Origin: an uncultured Gemmatimonadota bacterium
GTDB taxonomy: Bacteria > JAAXHH01
Assembly: GCA_951812955.1 (NCBI GenBank)
Contig: OX638340.1
Span: 1,472,001 to 1,536,000, forward strand
Direction: 5' to 3'
Length of the DNA stretch: 64,000 bases
The notes under the pieces are model-generated. The model was not told the DNA's origin and did not search any database. It saw nothing but the letters and a program-made list of their open reading frames with translations. The stretch's first letter is position 1; the number at the start of each line of letters is the position of its first letter. Made by a program: the position numbers and the translations under genes. This document shows, in pieces, positions 55,413-64,000 of this stretch.

Positions 55413-57686
55413 ATGCTGTCACGGGGCGAAGTCAACCGATCGCTACGATCATTTATCGTCGTGAGAGGACTGTGGGGCGCCTGGGGCCAGATGGTCGGCA
55501 CGAATACAGCCGTCTTCGCGGGTTTCGTGCTATCCCTTGGAGCGGACGCCTCGGACATCGCCTTCTACTCTGCGATCGCCTCGATCCTCGCCCCGGTACA
55601 GATCATCTCGTCCCTCTTCAGCAAGACCATCGAGAATAAAAAAAGCTGGGTCGTCTGGAACGGTGTGCTGGAAGCGCTGTTCCGGGGGCTCATGATCACC
55701 ATCCCCTTTCTCTTTGTCGAATCGCTGCACCAGCGGATGCTGCTCATCTTCCTGGTCGCCGGGCTGACTGCGGGATATATCTACACGCCATTCTACTCGA
55801 GCTGGGTCGCCGGCACCGTCCCGGAGAATATCCGTGCTCGATTCACGAGCCGGCAGACCATCGTCCAGAGTCTCGTGGGTGCGGTGGTAGGCGTAATGAC
55901 GGGCCGCTTCGTGGACTGGTTTCCCGATGATGAGAAGCTCCTGGCCTTCGTGGTGGTATTTGCCGTGGGGACCCTCTGCGGCGCCGCTGGGCCCCTGTTT
56001 CTCAAACGTACGCCCTACCCGTCCCGCGTCGACGAGTCCGAAGCCCAAAATCCACTGCGTCATCTGTTGCAGCCCTTTCGCGACCCGAACTTTCGCCGAC
56101 TGGTCATGTTCTACTCATCCTGGCAGTTCGCCCTGGGACTCTCCGGACCGCTTTTCAGCGTTTTCATGCTCGACCGCCTGGGATTCGGCTATACTGCCAT
56201 CTCCCTGCTGAGCGCCCTGGGCACGTTGGCTACCATCGCGGGATACCGTGCCTGGAGCGTGATCATCGATCGTTTCGGAAGCAAGCCGGTCCTCCAGATC
56301 CTCATCATCCCCGGTGCGCTGAACGCCTTCCTCTGGGGGCTGTGCCAGCCCGGTAACCACGCCATGGTCGCCATCGCCATGTTGCTCTCCGGGCTGATCA
56401 TGGGCGGCATCAACCTGGGCGTCACGCCCCTCCAGTACGCACTGCTCCCTAAAGAGAACCAGGACGAGCGAGTCGCCTACATGGCTTCGTGGTCCACGAC
56501 GATCAATCTGCTCTACGCCGCCGGGCCCCTCCTTGGCGGCATCCTGGTGGCATCGCTCACGAGCGTCCGCTTCACCGTGGGCGGGTTCCTGATCCAGGAC
56601 ATCAATCTCCTGTTCTTCCTGAGCGGAATCATGCGTTTCGTACCGCTGTTCCTGCTCCGCGCGGTGCGCGACGCCCGTTCCATTTCGTCCCAGCAACTCC
56701 TTTCGAACATGTTTCGCGGCAACCTGCTGAGTTACACCTTCAATTATATCGTATTCAACGTGGCCACGGCCGAGGACCGGCGGGCACGGGCGGCCTACAG
56801 ACTGGGCCGTTCAAGGAACCCGATGGCAACCGACCACCTGGTCCAGGCCCTGTCCGACGCCAGCTCCAAGGTACGCCGGCAGGCGGCGCGGGCCCTGGGG
56901 GAGACCGGATCGGAAACGGCGGTCGACACCCTGATCAGGGAGCTTGAAAGTCCCTCCTCGGACATTCGGAGCGAAGCAGCCGAGGCGCTCGGCCGGCTGA
57001 GGCATGCAAAGGCGGTGGACCCGCTGGTGGAGGCCCTGGAAGACGAAGATCCCCGTGTTCGGATCAGCGCCATTTCCGGCCTTGGGCAGATAGAGGGCGA
57101 CGACGTGCAGGAACTGTTGTTCTGGCACTTTTCGAACAACGTCGACCCACTGACCTTCCCTACGCTCGTCGAGGCCCTGAGTCACCGCGAAGATTACCGC
57201 ATCATCAAACCGACCTTCGACCGGCTCGGGTCGTTTACTTCTCCCGCGGTGCGCCTGCAACTTCTCAACAACATCTGCCATACGCTCGGGGCGGGAGACC
57301 GATTCTACAAGCTGCTGTCCATGGAGGAGAACGAGCGTTACGGCGCACTGGAAACCATGATCAAACGCACCGTCTCCCGGCTCACGGAGTCGAAGGCCGT
57401 TCCTGAAGATACGCGACGGGGCGTGGAAAGCCTGTTCGTGCTGTTCACCCAGGCCTACGAGCGCAATGACGTGGAAGCCATGATGGAACAGGCCCGCATG
57501 CTTGCGGCACTCATTCGCGACAGCCACCCCGTAGTCGAACAAAGCCCGGTTGACACCCTGTCGGTGTACCTTATCATCATGACAATGAACCACTTTATCG
57601 ACAGCGATGCCCACCACGACCTGCCCGGTGCGCAGGAGATCTTTCTGGCGGTGTGCATGCGGCGGATCGCCACGCTGGTGAACTGA
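55413..57686 (+). CDS. MFS transporter fused to a C-terminal HEAT-repeat (PBS-lyase-like) domain
   Basis: Twelve to fourteen TM helices in residues 1-450. The C-terminal 300 aa hold repeated units of the form DSKVRRQAARALGETGSETAVDTLIRELESPSSDIRSEAAEALGRL. Confidence 0.8.
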   Translation: MLSRGEVNRSLRSFIVVRGLWGAWGQMVGTNTAVFAGFVLSLGADASDIAFYSAIASILAPVQIISSLFSKTIENKKSWVVWNGVLEALFRGLMITIPFLFVESLHQRMLLIFLVAGLTAGYIYTPFYSSWVAGTVPENIRARFTSRQTIVQSLVGAVVGVMTGRFVDWFPDDEKLLAFVVVFAVGTLCGAAGPLFLKRTPYPSRVDESEAQNPLRHLLQPFRDPNFRRLVMFYSSWQFALGLSGPLFSVFMLDRLGFGYTAISLLSALGTLATIAGYRAWSVIIDRFGSKPVLQILIIPGALNAFLWGLCQPGNHAMVAIAMLLSGLIMGGINLGVTPLQYALLPKENQDERVAYMASWSTTINLLYAAGPLLGGILVASLTSVRFTVGGFLIQDINLLFFLSGIMRFVPLFLLRAVRDARSISSQQLLSNMFRGNLLSYTFNYIVFNVATAEDRRARAAYRLGRSRNPMATDHLVQALSDASSKVRRQAARALGETGSETAVDTLIRELESPSSDIRSEAAEALGRLRHAKAVDPLVEALEDEDPRVRISAISGLGQIEGDDVQELLFWHFSNNVDPLTFPTLVEALSHREDYRIIKPTFDRLGSFTSPAVRLQLLNNICHTLGAGDRFYKLLSMEENERYGALETMIKRTVSRLTESKAVPEDTRRGVESLFVLFTQAYERNDVEAMMEQARMLAALIRDSHPVVEQSPVDTLSVYLIIMTMNHFIDSDAHHDLPGAQEIFLAVCMRRIATLVN

Positions 57687-57841
57687 CAGCGGGTATCTAC
57701 AGAAGCGATCAACGTAGGGGATTGGCGTAATTGGAATAGAAATGGATCGAAAGTATGGTTCGAAGGAGAGGATCAAAAAGGGATCGGCAAAATGAAAAAA
57801 CAAATGGATGGATTCCGTGACCCGGAAGCGGCGGGTAAACC

Positions 57842-58978
57842 ATGAATACCCGGGATAACCATTTCCACCTGGGCATCGCAGGGGCCTGCGGACGGGGCCG
57901 GAGTTTTCGCGCAGCCTGCGACGCCCTGCCACAGGTCCGCGTCCATGCCGTGTGCGATATCGACACCGGCGCTCTGCCCGCGACGGCCGACCTGCTTGGC
58001 GCTTCGGAGCAGTACACCGATTTCGACGAAATGCTGGAGAAGTCCGACCTCGACGGCGTGATCATCGCCACGCCCATGCCCCTTCACGCACCGCAGGCCA
58101 TCGCCGCGCTCAACCGGGGGCTTCACGTATTCAGCGAGGTACCCGCGGCGGTCTCGGTCGAGGAGTGCCGGGAGATCGTGCGGGCGGCAAAGTCATCCGG
58201 CGGCGTATACATGATGGGTGAAAACTACACCTACATCCGGGAGAACGTCCTGATCAAGGAACTCGTCAAGGCTGGGCATTTCGGGACGCCATACTACGCC
58301 GAGGGAGAATACCTCCACGAACTCAAGGGATACGACGAGCACCGACTCGCGGCCCGGGGACTCCCGCCCAGGCAGGTCTGGCGGCGCCACTGGCAGTCCG
58401 GCATCGACGGCATCACCTATGGGACCCACAGCCTGGGACCCATCCTGCAGTGGTTCGACGACCGCGTGGCGCACGTCACCTGCCACGGAAGCGGCCACCA
58501 CCACGTCGACGCGGAGGGCAGACCCTACGCCCAGGATACCAGTGTCATGCTCTGCAAGATGGCGAAGGGCGGCCTGGCCAAGATCCGGATGGACCTCACC
58601 TCCGACCGTCCCCACGCGCTGACCAATTACCAGCTCCAGGGAACCGACGGTTGCTATGAATCGGCCCGCGGTCCGGGCCAGGATTTCAGGATCTGGCTCC
58701 GGTCCCGATGCATGGGCGAAAACACGTGGATGGACCTCCACGAACTGGAGGAGGAATTCCTGCCCGGGGAGATGAAGGCCGCGGCCGCGCAGGGCGCCGG
58801 ACACGGTGGGAGCGACTACCACGAACTCGTGGAGTTCATCGATGCCGCGGAAGGACGCCGCAAACCGTCCATCGGCCTGCACGAGGCCATGGACATGACC
58901 CTGCCCGGCCTCGTCAGCCAGCAGTCCATCGCCGGGAACGGCCGATCCGTGCCCGTCCCGGATTCGCGGGCGTGGTAG
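57842..58978 (+). CDS. Gfo/Idh/MocA-family oxidoreductase
   Basis: HLGIAGACGRGRSF ... EVP. Length is 378 aa. Confidence 0.8.
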   Translation: MNTRDNHFHLGIAGACGRGRSFRAACDALPQVRVHAVCDIDTGALPATADLLGASEQYTDFDEMLEKSDLDGVIIATPMPLHAPQAIAALNRGLHVFSEVPAAVSVEECREIVRAAKSSGGVYMMGENYTYIRENVLIKELVKAGHFGTPYYAEGEYLHELKGYDEHRLAARGLPPRQVWRRHWQSGIDGITYGTHSLGPILQWFDDRVAHVTCHGSGHHHVDAEGRPYAQDTSVMLCKMAKGGLAKIRMDLTSDRPHALTNYQLQGTDGCYESARGPGQDFRIWLRSRCMGENTWMDLHELEEEFLPGEMKAAAAQGAGHGGSDYHELVEFIDAAEGRRKPSIGLHEAMDMTLPGLVSQQSIAGNGRSVPVPDSRAW

Positions 58979-59148
58979 GATTTAGAGACCTGTATGCGGA
59001 TTCCGGATTGCCGCGAAGCACTACACGCACTGAATCGTCCGATCCATACCGATCCAAAGTTCAGATTAGCCTGTACGCGACCGACTCGCCCGGCTATACT
59101 TTGGCTACACCTTAACCAGCTAACATCCCATCTATGAGGAGCGCGCCC

Positions 59149-60237
59149 ATGGCCCGCCCCGGCAGCCCGATCGAAGACATCGACACTCCGGCCCTGGTGA
59201 TCGACCTGGACCTGATGGAAGGCAATATCGCCCGCATGGCGAAGTTCTTCGCCGACCAGGGCGCCTGGCTGCGGCCCCACACGAAGACCCACAAGACGCC
59301 GGTCCTGGCCCACAAACAGATCGAGGCCGGCGCCCGGGGAGTCACCTGCGCCAAGCTGGGCGAGGCCGAGGTCATGGCCGCGGCCGGCATTCGGGACATC
59401 CTCGTGGCCAACCAGGTCGTGGGACGGGTGAAGATCGAACGTCTGGTCGCACTGGCGCGACATTCGGATATCATTGTGGCCTCGGACCATGAAGAAAACG
59501 TCCGGGAGATTTCCGACGCGGCCGTGGCCGCAGGCACCCGGGTTAACATGATCATCGAGGTCGACGTGGGCATGGAGCGCTGCGGCGTGCCGCCCGGCGA
59601 ACCCGCGTGGAAGCTCGCCCAGGCGATCGACAGTCATCCCGGCGTCATATTCCGCGGTGTGATGGGTTACGAAGGCCACATCATCGGCAACCCGAACGAC
59701 GAGGAACGGTACGCCGGTTGCCGGGAGTCCATGACCCTGCTGACCCAGACGGCCGACTATATCCGCGAACGGGGCCTGGCCGTGGACCTGGTCAGTGGAG
59801 GAGGCACGGGGACGTACAAGGTCACCGGTACATTCCCGGGGGTGAACGAGGTACAGGCGGGATCCTACATCCTCATGGACGGAACCTACCGGAAACGCAT
59901 CCCCGAGTTCGACTGCGCATTGACCATCTACGCCTCCATTGTCAGCCGGCCCGGCGACGAGCTCGCCGTCGGCGACGCCGGCCTTAAGACCATGACAAAC
60001 GACATGGGACTGCAGACCGTCCAGGGGGTGGAAGGCGCATCCATCCTTCGCCAGTCCGAGGAACACGTCAAGATCGAACTACCCGGAGCGTCCTGCGGCT
60101 TGCGGCCGGGCGACAAGATCCACCTCATTCCGAGCCACTGCTGCACGACCATCAACCTCCACGATCGCTTCTACGGCGTGCGCAACGGAACCGTCGAGTC
60201 CGTTTGGAACATCGCGGCGCGGGGAAAACTGCAATAA
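59149..60237 (+). CDS. DSD1-family PLP enzyme (D-serine deaminase / D-threonine aldolase-like, alanine-racemase N-domain fold)
   Basis: LRPHTKTHKTPVLA carries the PLP lysine. GAGGAG lies 7 nt before ATG 59149. Confidence 0.85.
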   Translation: MARPGSPIEDIDTPALVIDLDLMEGNIARMAKFFADQGAWLRPHTKTHKTPVLAHKQIEAGARGVTCAKLGEAEVMAAAGIRDILVANQVVGRVKIERLVALARHSDIIVASDHEENVREISDAAVAAGTRVNMIIEVDVGMERCGVPPGEPAWKLAQAIDSHPGVIFRGVMGYEGHIIGNPNDEERYAGCRESMTLLTQTADYIRERGLAVDLVSGGGTGTYKVTGTFPGVNEVQAGSYILMDGTYRKRIPEFDCALTIYASIVSRPGDELAVGDAGLKTMTNDMGLQTVQGVEGASILRQSEEHVKIELPGASCGLRPGDKIHLIPSHCCTTINLHDRFYGVRNGTVESVWNIAARGKLQ

Positions 60238-60305
60238 GGAACACATCCGGTAACTCGCGTCCGACCTCCGCGGCGTGAAGTCGCTAGCCGACACAAGGAG
60301 CACCC

Positions 60306-61406
60306 ATGGACCCCCGATATCTCGTAGCCAACGTCGATGACATACCCAGCCCGTCCATGCTGGTCTACCGCGAACGGCTCAGGGAGAACATAGATCGGAC
60401 CCTGGCGATTGCCGGTGGCCCCAAACGCCTTCGCCCCCACGTGAAGACGCACAAGATGCGGACCGTCATCGAGATGCAGCGCGAGGCCGGGATTTCCAAG
60501 TTCAAGTGCGCCACAGTATTCGAGGCGAAGATGCTGGCTGAAACGGGCGTGGAGGACGTCTTCGTCGCCTACCAGATGGTCGGGCCCAACATCGGACGGC
60601 TGGTCGATCTCACCGGCCGTTTCCCCGGGACGACATTCCGCGCCATGGTGGACGACCGCGGTGCGGCCGAAGCGCTGTCGGCTGCGGCGTCCGGTGCCGG
60701 CGTCACCATCGACGTCCTGTTGGATTTCGACGTAGGCCTGCATCGTACCGGGATCGCGCCGGGTCAGAAGGCGCTTGAACTCTACGCACTGCTGGACCGC
60801 CTGCCTGGCGTCACTCCGGGCGGGATCCACGGCTACGACGGACATAACCACCAGGTAGACATTGAGGAACGCAGGCAGGCCTGCAACGCCGCGCTGGACG
60901 CGGTGCGGTCGTTCCAGGCCCGGCTGGAATCCCGCGGACTGCCCGTGCCCCGGCGCGTCATGGGCGGTTCCATCTCCTTTCCGTGCTATGCGCCCGCCGA
61001 AGACGTGGAGCCCTCGCCCGGCACCTCCGTATTCTGGGACTGGGGGTACGGCCAGCGCTTCCCCGACCTGCCCTTCGAAGCCGCGGCCCTACTCCTCAGC
61101 CGCATCATCAGCATCCCCACCGCGACGCGGGTGACCCTCGACCTGGGCAACAAGGCCATCGCATCGGACCCCGCCGGACAACGCGGCATCGCCTGGAACC
61201 TTCCCGGAGCCAGACCCGGCCAGCACAACGAGGAACACTGGGTCATGGACTGTCCGGACACCTCGGACCTTGCGGTCGGCGACCCAATCTACGTATTCCC
61301 CACCCACGTGTGCCCCTGCGCCGCCCTGCACCGCCAGGTGTATGTGATCGACGGCGACGGCCGCTGCCGCGAACAGTGGTCGGTCGACGCACGCGACCGA
61401 GAATAG
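60306..61406 (+). CDS. DSD1-family PLP enzyme (paralog)
   Basis: LRPHVKTHKMRTVIEMQ. It is about 35% identical to the upstream paralog by eye. Confidence 0.85.
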   Translation: MDPRYLVANVDDIPSPSMLVYRERLRENIDRTLAIAGGPKRLRPHVKTHKMRTVIEMQREAGISKFKCATVFEAKMLAETGVEDVFVAYQMVGPNIGRLVDLTGRFPGTTFRAMVDDRGAAEALSAAASGAGVTIDVLLDFDVGLHRTGIAPGQKALELYALLDRLPGVTPGGIHGYDGHNHQVDIEERRQACNAALDAVRSFQARLESRGLPVPRRVMGGSISFPCYAPAEDVEPSPGTSVFWDWGYGQRFPDLPFEAAALLLSRIISIPTATRVTLDLGNKAIASDPAGQRGIAWNLPGARPGQHNEEHWVMDCPDTSDLAVGDPIYVFPTHVCPCAALHRQVYVIDGDGRCREQWSVDARDRE

Positions 61407-61531
61407 CACGCACAGCCACGCATTTCACATGCTACTGCCGCCGTTGCGCGCGCAACCGACACACGACGCGAACTGACGAGGATGGCGCTCGCTGCCGCGA
61501 ACAGTGGACGGTCGACGCACGCGACCGAGAA
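61361..61531. repeat. about 50-bp direct repeat, two copies (61361-61410 and 61482-61531); the 3' end of the DSD1 paralog duplicated downstream
   Basis: GCTGCCGCGAACAGTGG[T/A]CGGTCGACGCACGCGACCGAGAATAGCA occurs twice. Confidence 0.8.
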
Positions 61532-61760
61532 TAGCATCTGATACCCCGACACTTCCGTCTAGCCGGCGACCACGTTTTTCCTGCCTTTTCTCCTCCGCGT
61601 TTGTGTGACGATCGTGTTACATTTTTAAACTTTGCTATTGACGAAGTGACGTAAATACATTATCTTAAATCGTTCGTGCTTGACACGAAAACCGGACGAT
61701 GTTCAACAGAAACCTGTCCGGGAAAACGGGTTCTCCAAGGCACGTCGACAGGGCGCTTGC

Positions 61761-62540
61761 ATGACGTTTGAGCAGATCCTCATCAACCGGGACGGCGGGG
61801 TGGTCACGATCACGATCAACCATCCTCCCTTGAACGTACTTAGCGCACAGGTCGGACGGGAACTCGGTGAAGCGCTCGACCGGATCGAATCCGATTCGGC
61901 CGCTTCCGTGGTGATACTCACGGGGAGTGGCGACCGGGCCTTCGCCGCCGGCGCCGACATCCGGGAACTGCATCGGCTGTCGGGTACGGACGCCGAGGAA
62001 ATGACCCATCGCTGGCATCGCCTCTTCCGGCGGATCGAAGGATTCAGGCTGCCGGTCATCGCCGCCGTGAACGGGGTGGCGCTTGGAGGCGGGTGCGAGT
62101 TGGCCATGGCGTGCGACATGCGTTACGCCTCCGAAAAAGCCCGGTTCGGCCAGCCGGAGATCAACCTCGGCCTGATTCCGGGTTGGGGTGGAACGCAGCG
62201 GTTGCCTCGGCTGATCGGCCGGGGACGGGCGCTCGAGTTGATGATGACGGGCGATATGTTCGATGCCGCGGAGGCCGAGCGACTTGGGCTCGTCAATCGT
62301 GTCACGGCACCGGACGCATTGATGGAGACGGTTGGGGAACTGGCCGGTCGTATGGCCGCCAAGGGAAACATTGCCCTCGCATCCATCAAGACCTGCGTCA
62401 ACGAAGGGCTCGACAAGACGCTGGACGAAGCGCTGGCGTTGGAAGCCCGTGAATTCGGAGCGGTGAGCTCCACAGAGGACAAGGCGGAAGGCATCGCGGC
62501 GTTTCTTGAGAAACGTCCCGCGGTATTCCGGGGTCGCTGA
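61761..62540 (+). CDS. enoyl-CoA hydratase/isomerase (crotonase) family protein
   Basis: VVILTGSGDRAFAAGADI ... AAVNGVALGGGCELAMACD. Confidence 0.9.
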   Translation: MTFEQILINRDGGVVTITINHPPLNVLSAQVGRELGEALDRIESDSAASVVILTGSGDRAFAAGADIRELHRLSGTDAEEMTHRWHRLFRRIEGFRLPVIAAVNGVALGGGCELAMACDMRYASEKARFGQPEINLGLIPGWGGTQRLPRLIGRGRALELMMTGDMFDAAEAERLGLVNRVTAPDALMETVGELAGRMAAKGNIALASIKTCVNEGLDKTLDEALALEAREFGAVSSTEDKAEGIAAFLEKRPAVFRGR

Positions 62541-62617
62541 GTCGAGGCGTGCGTACTCAATAAGCGACCTGGATTTCATCAGAAACCACTGGCACGCGGC
62601 AGGAAGAGAGTGTTCGT

Positions 62618-62938
62618 ATGCAGCAGCTAGGAGCCATCGAAGGCGAATACATCCAGGTAACGGGCGAATTCGAGAAGCGAGAAGCCATCGAATTCTGCGT
62701 ACAGGATCTAAACAGCAAGAACATGGAATTCGGCGTTTGCGAGCAGGACGGGAAGTACTTCGTGGCGCGGGTGATCGTGCCGGACGAAGAGATCGATACC
62801 CATTCAAAGATCGTCACTGTGCGCAGTGACCGGGTGGATATACACGGCAATCCACGTGGCATCATCCGCAAGGGTGTCTACAACTTCGTGGAGTGGTACG
62901 CCGACGGTGAAGTCTCCGGACAGCCCGCCGCAGTCTAA
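62618..62938 (+). CDS. hypothetical protein (106 aa)
   Basis: ORF with plausible codon usage. I recognise no motif. Confidence 0.4.
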   Translation: MQQLGAIEGEYIQVTGEFEKREAIEFCVQDLNSKNMEFGVCEQDGKYFVARVIVPDEEIDTHSKIVTVRSDRVDIHGNPRGIIRKGVYNFVEWYADGEVSGQPAAV

Positions 62939-63111
62939 GATCAGGATCGCCATACCCGGAACATTCGGATTTGCTTTGTCCGATCCCGTTCCGCACGAGT
63001 CCGATCCAGACTGTATCCGGACCGTACCGTTTCAAGCCGATCCGTACCCGAATCGTACCCGTACAGGCTATACTACTAAGAAATATCAAGCTGCGTGCCT
63101 ATTGCTCGTCG

Positions 63112-63150
63112 AAACCATGGAAGCTGACCAGCCTTCCATGGTTTTTTTAT
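63112..63150 (+). terminator. Rho-independent terminator (AACCATGGAAGG ... CCTTCCATGGTT plus a T7 tract)
   Basis: A perfect 12-bp stem followed by TTTTTTTATT. Confidence 0.65.
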
Positions 63151-63186
63151 TCAACCTCTTATCCATATGCCCGAAATATCGTAAGC

Positions 63187-64000
63187 ATGGCACTCATTTC
63201 ACTTCATAAAGTTGCGAAATACTACGGCGCCCTGTGTGTCCTTAAGGACATCAGCTGGGGCATCGACTCCGGTCATCACGTGGGCCTTATCGGGTCCAAC
63301 GGAACCGGGAAGACGACCATGCTGCAGCTGATTACGGGCGACCTGTCCCCCGACGAAGGCGAGATTTCCCGACGGCGAGGTATCAACATCGGCTACCTGA
63401 CCCAGGACGCACACCTGACCTCTACCAATTCCGTCCTGGACGAGGCACTGAGCAGCTTCGAGCGCATCCTCGAACTGGAGCGGCAGCTTCGCGAGGCCGA
63501 AACAGCGCTGGAGAAAGCGAAGGGCGACGCGGAGGAAACAGAGCGCCGGCTGGGACTGTATGGGCGGCTGACGGAAGAGTTCGAGCGGGCAGGCGGTTAC
63601 ACCTACCATCACCGCGCGAGGACCGTGCTCCACGGTCTGGGATTCAAGGAGGAGGACCTGCCTTTGCCGGTCAACGTACTGAGCGGGGGCCAGAAGACGC
63701 GCCTGCGGCTGGGAAAGCTGCTTCTGGGAGACGCGGACCTGTTGCTGCTGGACGAGCCGGAAAGCCATCTGGACGTGGCCGCGACCGAATGGCTGGAAGA
63801 ATACATCTCGGACCATCCCTCGGCGATCCTGGTCGTGTCACACGACCGCTACTTCCTCGACCGGACCGTGAACAGCATCGCAGAGCTCGAAGACCTGGGT
63901 CTGAAGAACTACCCCGGCAACTACACCCGGGCCATGGCGGTCAAGTCCGAGCGGCTCAAGGCGCAGCAACGGAGTTACGATCAGCAGCAGGCCTTCATCA
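63187..64000 (+). CDS. ABC-F family ATPase (Uup/EttA-like), partial; the 3' end runs off the window
   Basis: Walker A GSNGTGKTT, signature LSGGQKTRLRL, Walker B LLLLDEPESHLD, then the inter-domain linker. It is not in the track because there is no in-window stop. Confidence 0.9.
   Translation, partial: MALISLHKVAKYYGALCVLKDISWGIDSGHHVGLIGSNGTGKTTMLQLITGDLSPDEGEISRRRGINIGYLTQDAHLTSTNSVLDEALSSFERILELERQLREAETALEKAKGDAEETERRLGLYGRLTEEFERAGGYTYHHRARTVLHGLGFKEEDLPLPVNVLSGGQKTRLRLGKLLLGDADLLLLDEPESHLDVAATEWLEEYISDHPSAILVVSHDRYFLDRTVNSIAELEDLGLKNYPGNYTRAMAVKSERLKAQQRSYDQQQAFI

Overview
This 64-kb window is high-GC (about 65%) bacterial chromosomal DNA with dense, mostly minus-strand housekeeping and metabolic genes. 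I could not assign a taxon. The TonB/ExbB/2xExbD/TPR cluster, H+-pyrophosphatase, bacilliredoxin and AGGAG-type ribosome-binding sites would fit an FCB-group-like or Gemmatimonadota-like organism.

Main features I can support:
- MlaE–MlaD permease pair, a V-type H+-pyrophosphatase, and an ExbB–ExbD–ExbD–TonB–TPR energy-transduction cluster.
- A PstS-like lipoprotein.
- A methylmalonyl-CoA mutase catalytic subunit (no B12 domain) with its epimerase.
- An HD phosphohydrolase and a secreted PIG-L deacetylase fused to a CBM9-like domain.
- A tRNA-Glu(CUC)/tRNA-Gln(CUG) operon with a canonical promoter and intrinsic terminator.
- dGTPase, sulfatase, PhyH dioxygenase, aminotransferase, and a PC4-like ssDNA-binding protein.
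- A histidine-phosphatase::Tag (3-methyladenine glycosylase I) fusion.
- A PotABCD-type ABC importer convergent with a Rieske oxygenase and a group-II PLP decarboxylase.
- An M16 peptidase, several Gfo/Idh/MocA oxidoreductases, and an ArsR plus Cys-tailed VOC pair.
- A trans-sulfuration PLP enzyme, bacilliredoxin BrxA, QueF, myo-inositol-1-phosphate synthase, LysR, a CcmH-like protein, and an MFS::HEAT transporter.
- Two tandem DSD1-type PLP enzymes, a crotonase, and a partial ABC-F ATPase.

Two sharply AT-rich islands stand out as likely horizontal acquisitions:
- Island 1 (about 1930–2940): a near-consensus sigma70 promoter drives a translationally coupled pair — a novel 160-aa protein plus a RelE/ParE-fold toxin. 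I read this as a candidate new type II toxin-antitoxin or defence module.
- Island 2 (about 21590–23750): sits next to the tRNA genes and carries two MarR regulators, small ORFs, an orphan intrinsic terminator and an SD-driven 12-codon mini-ORF.

The window is also unusually rich in short intergenic tandem repeats: 9, 14, 15, 20, about 21, 44 and 50-bp units.
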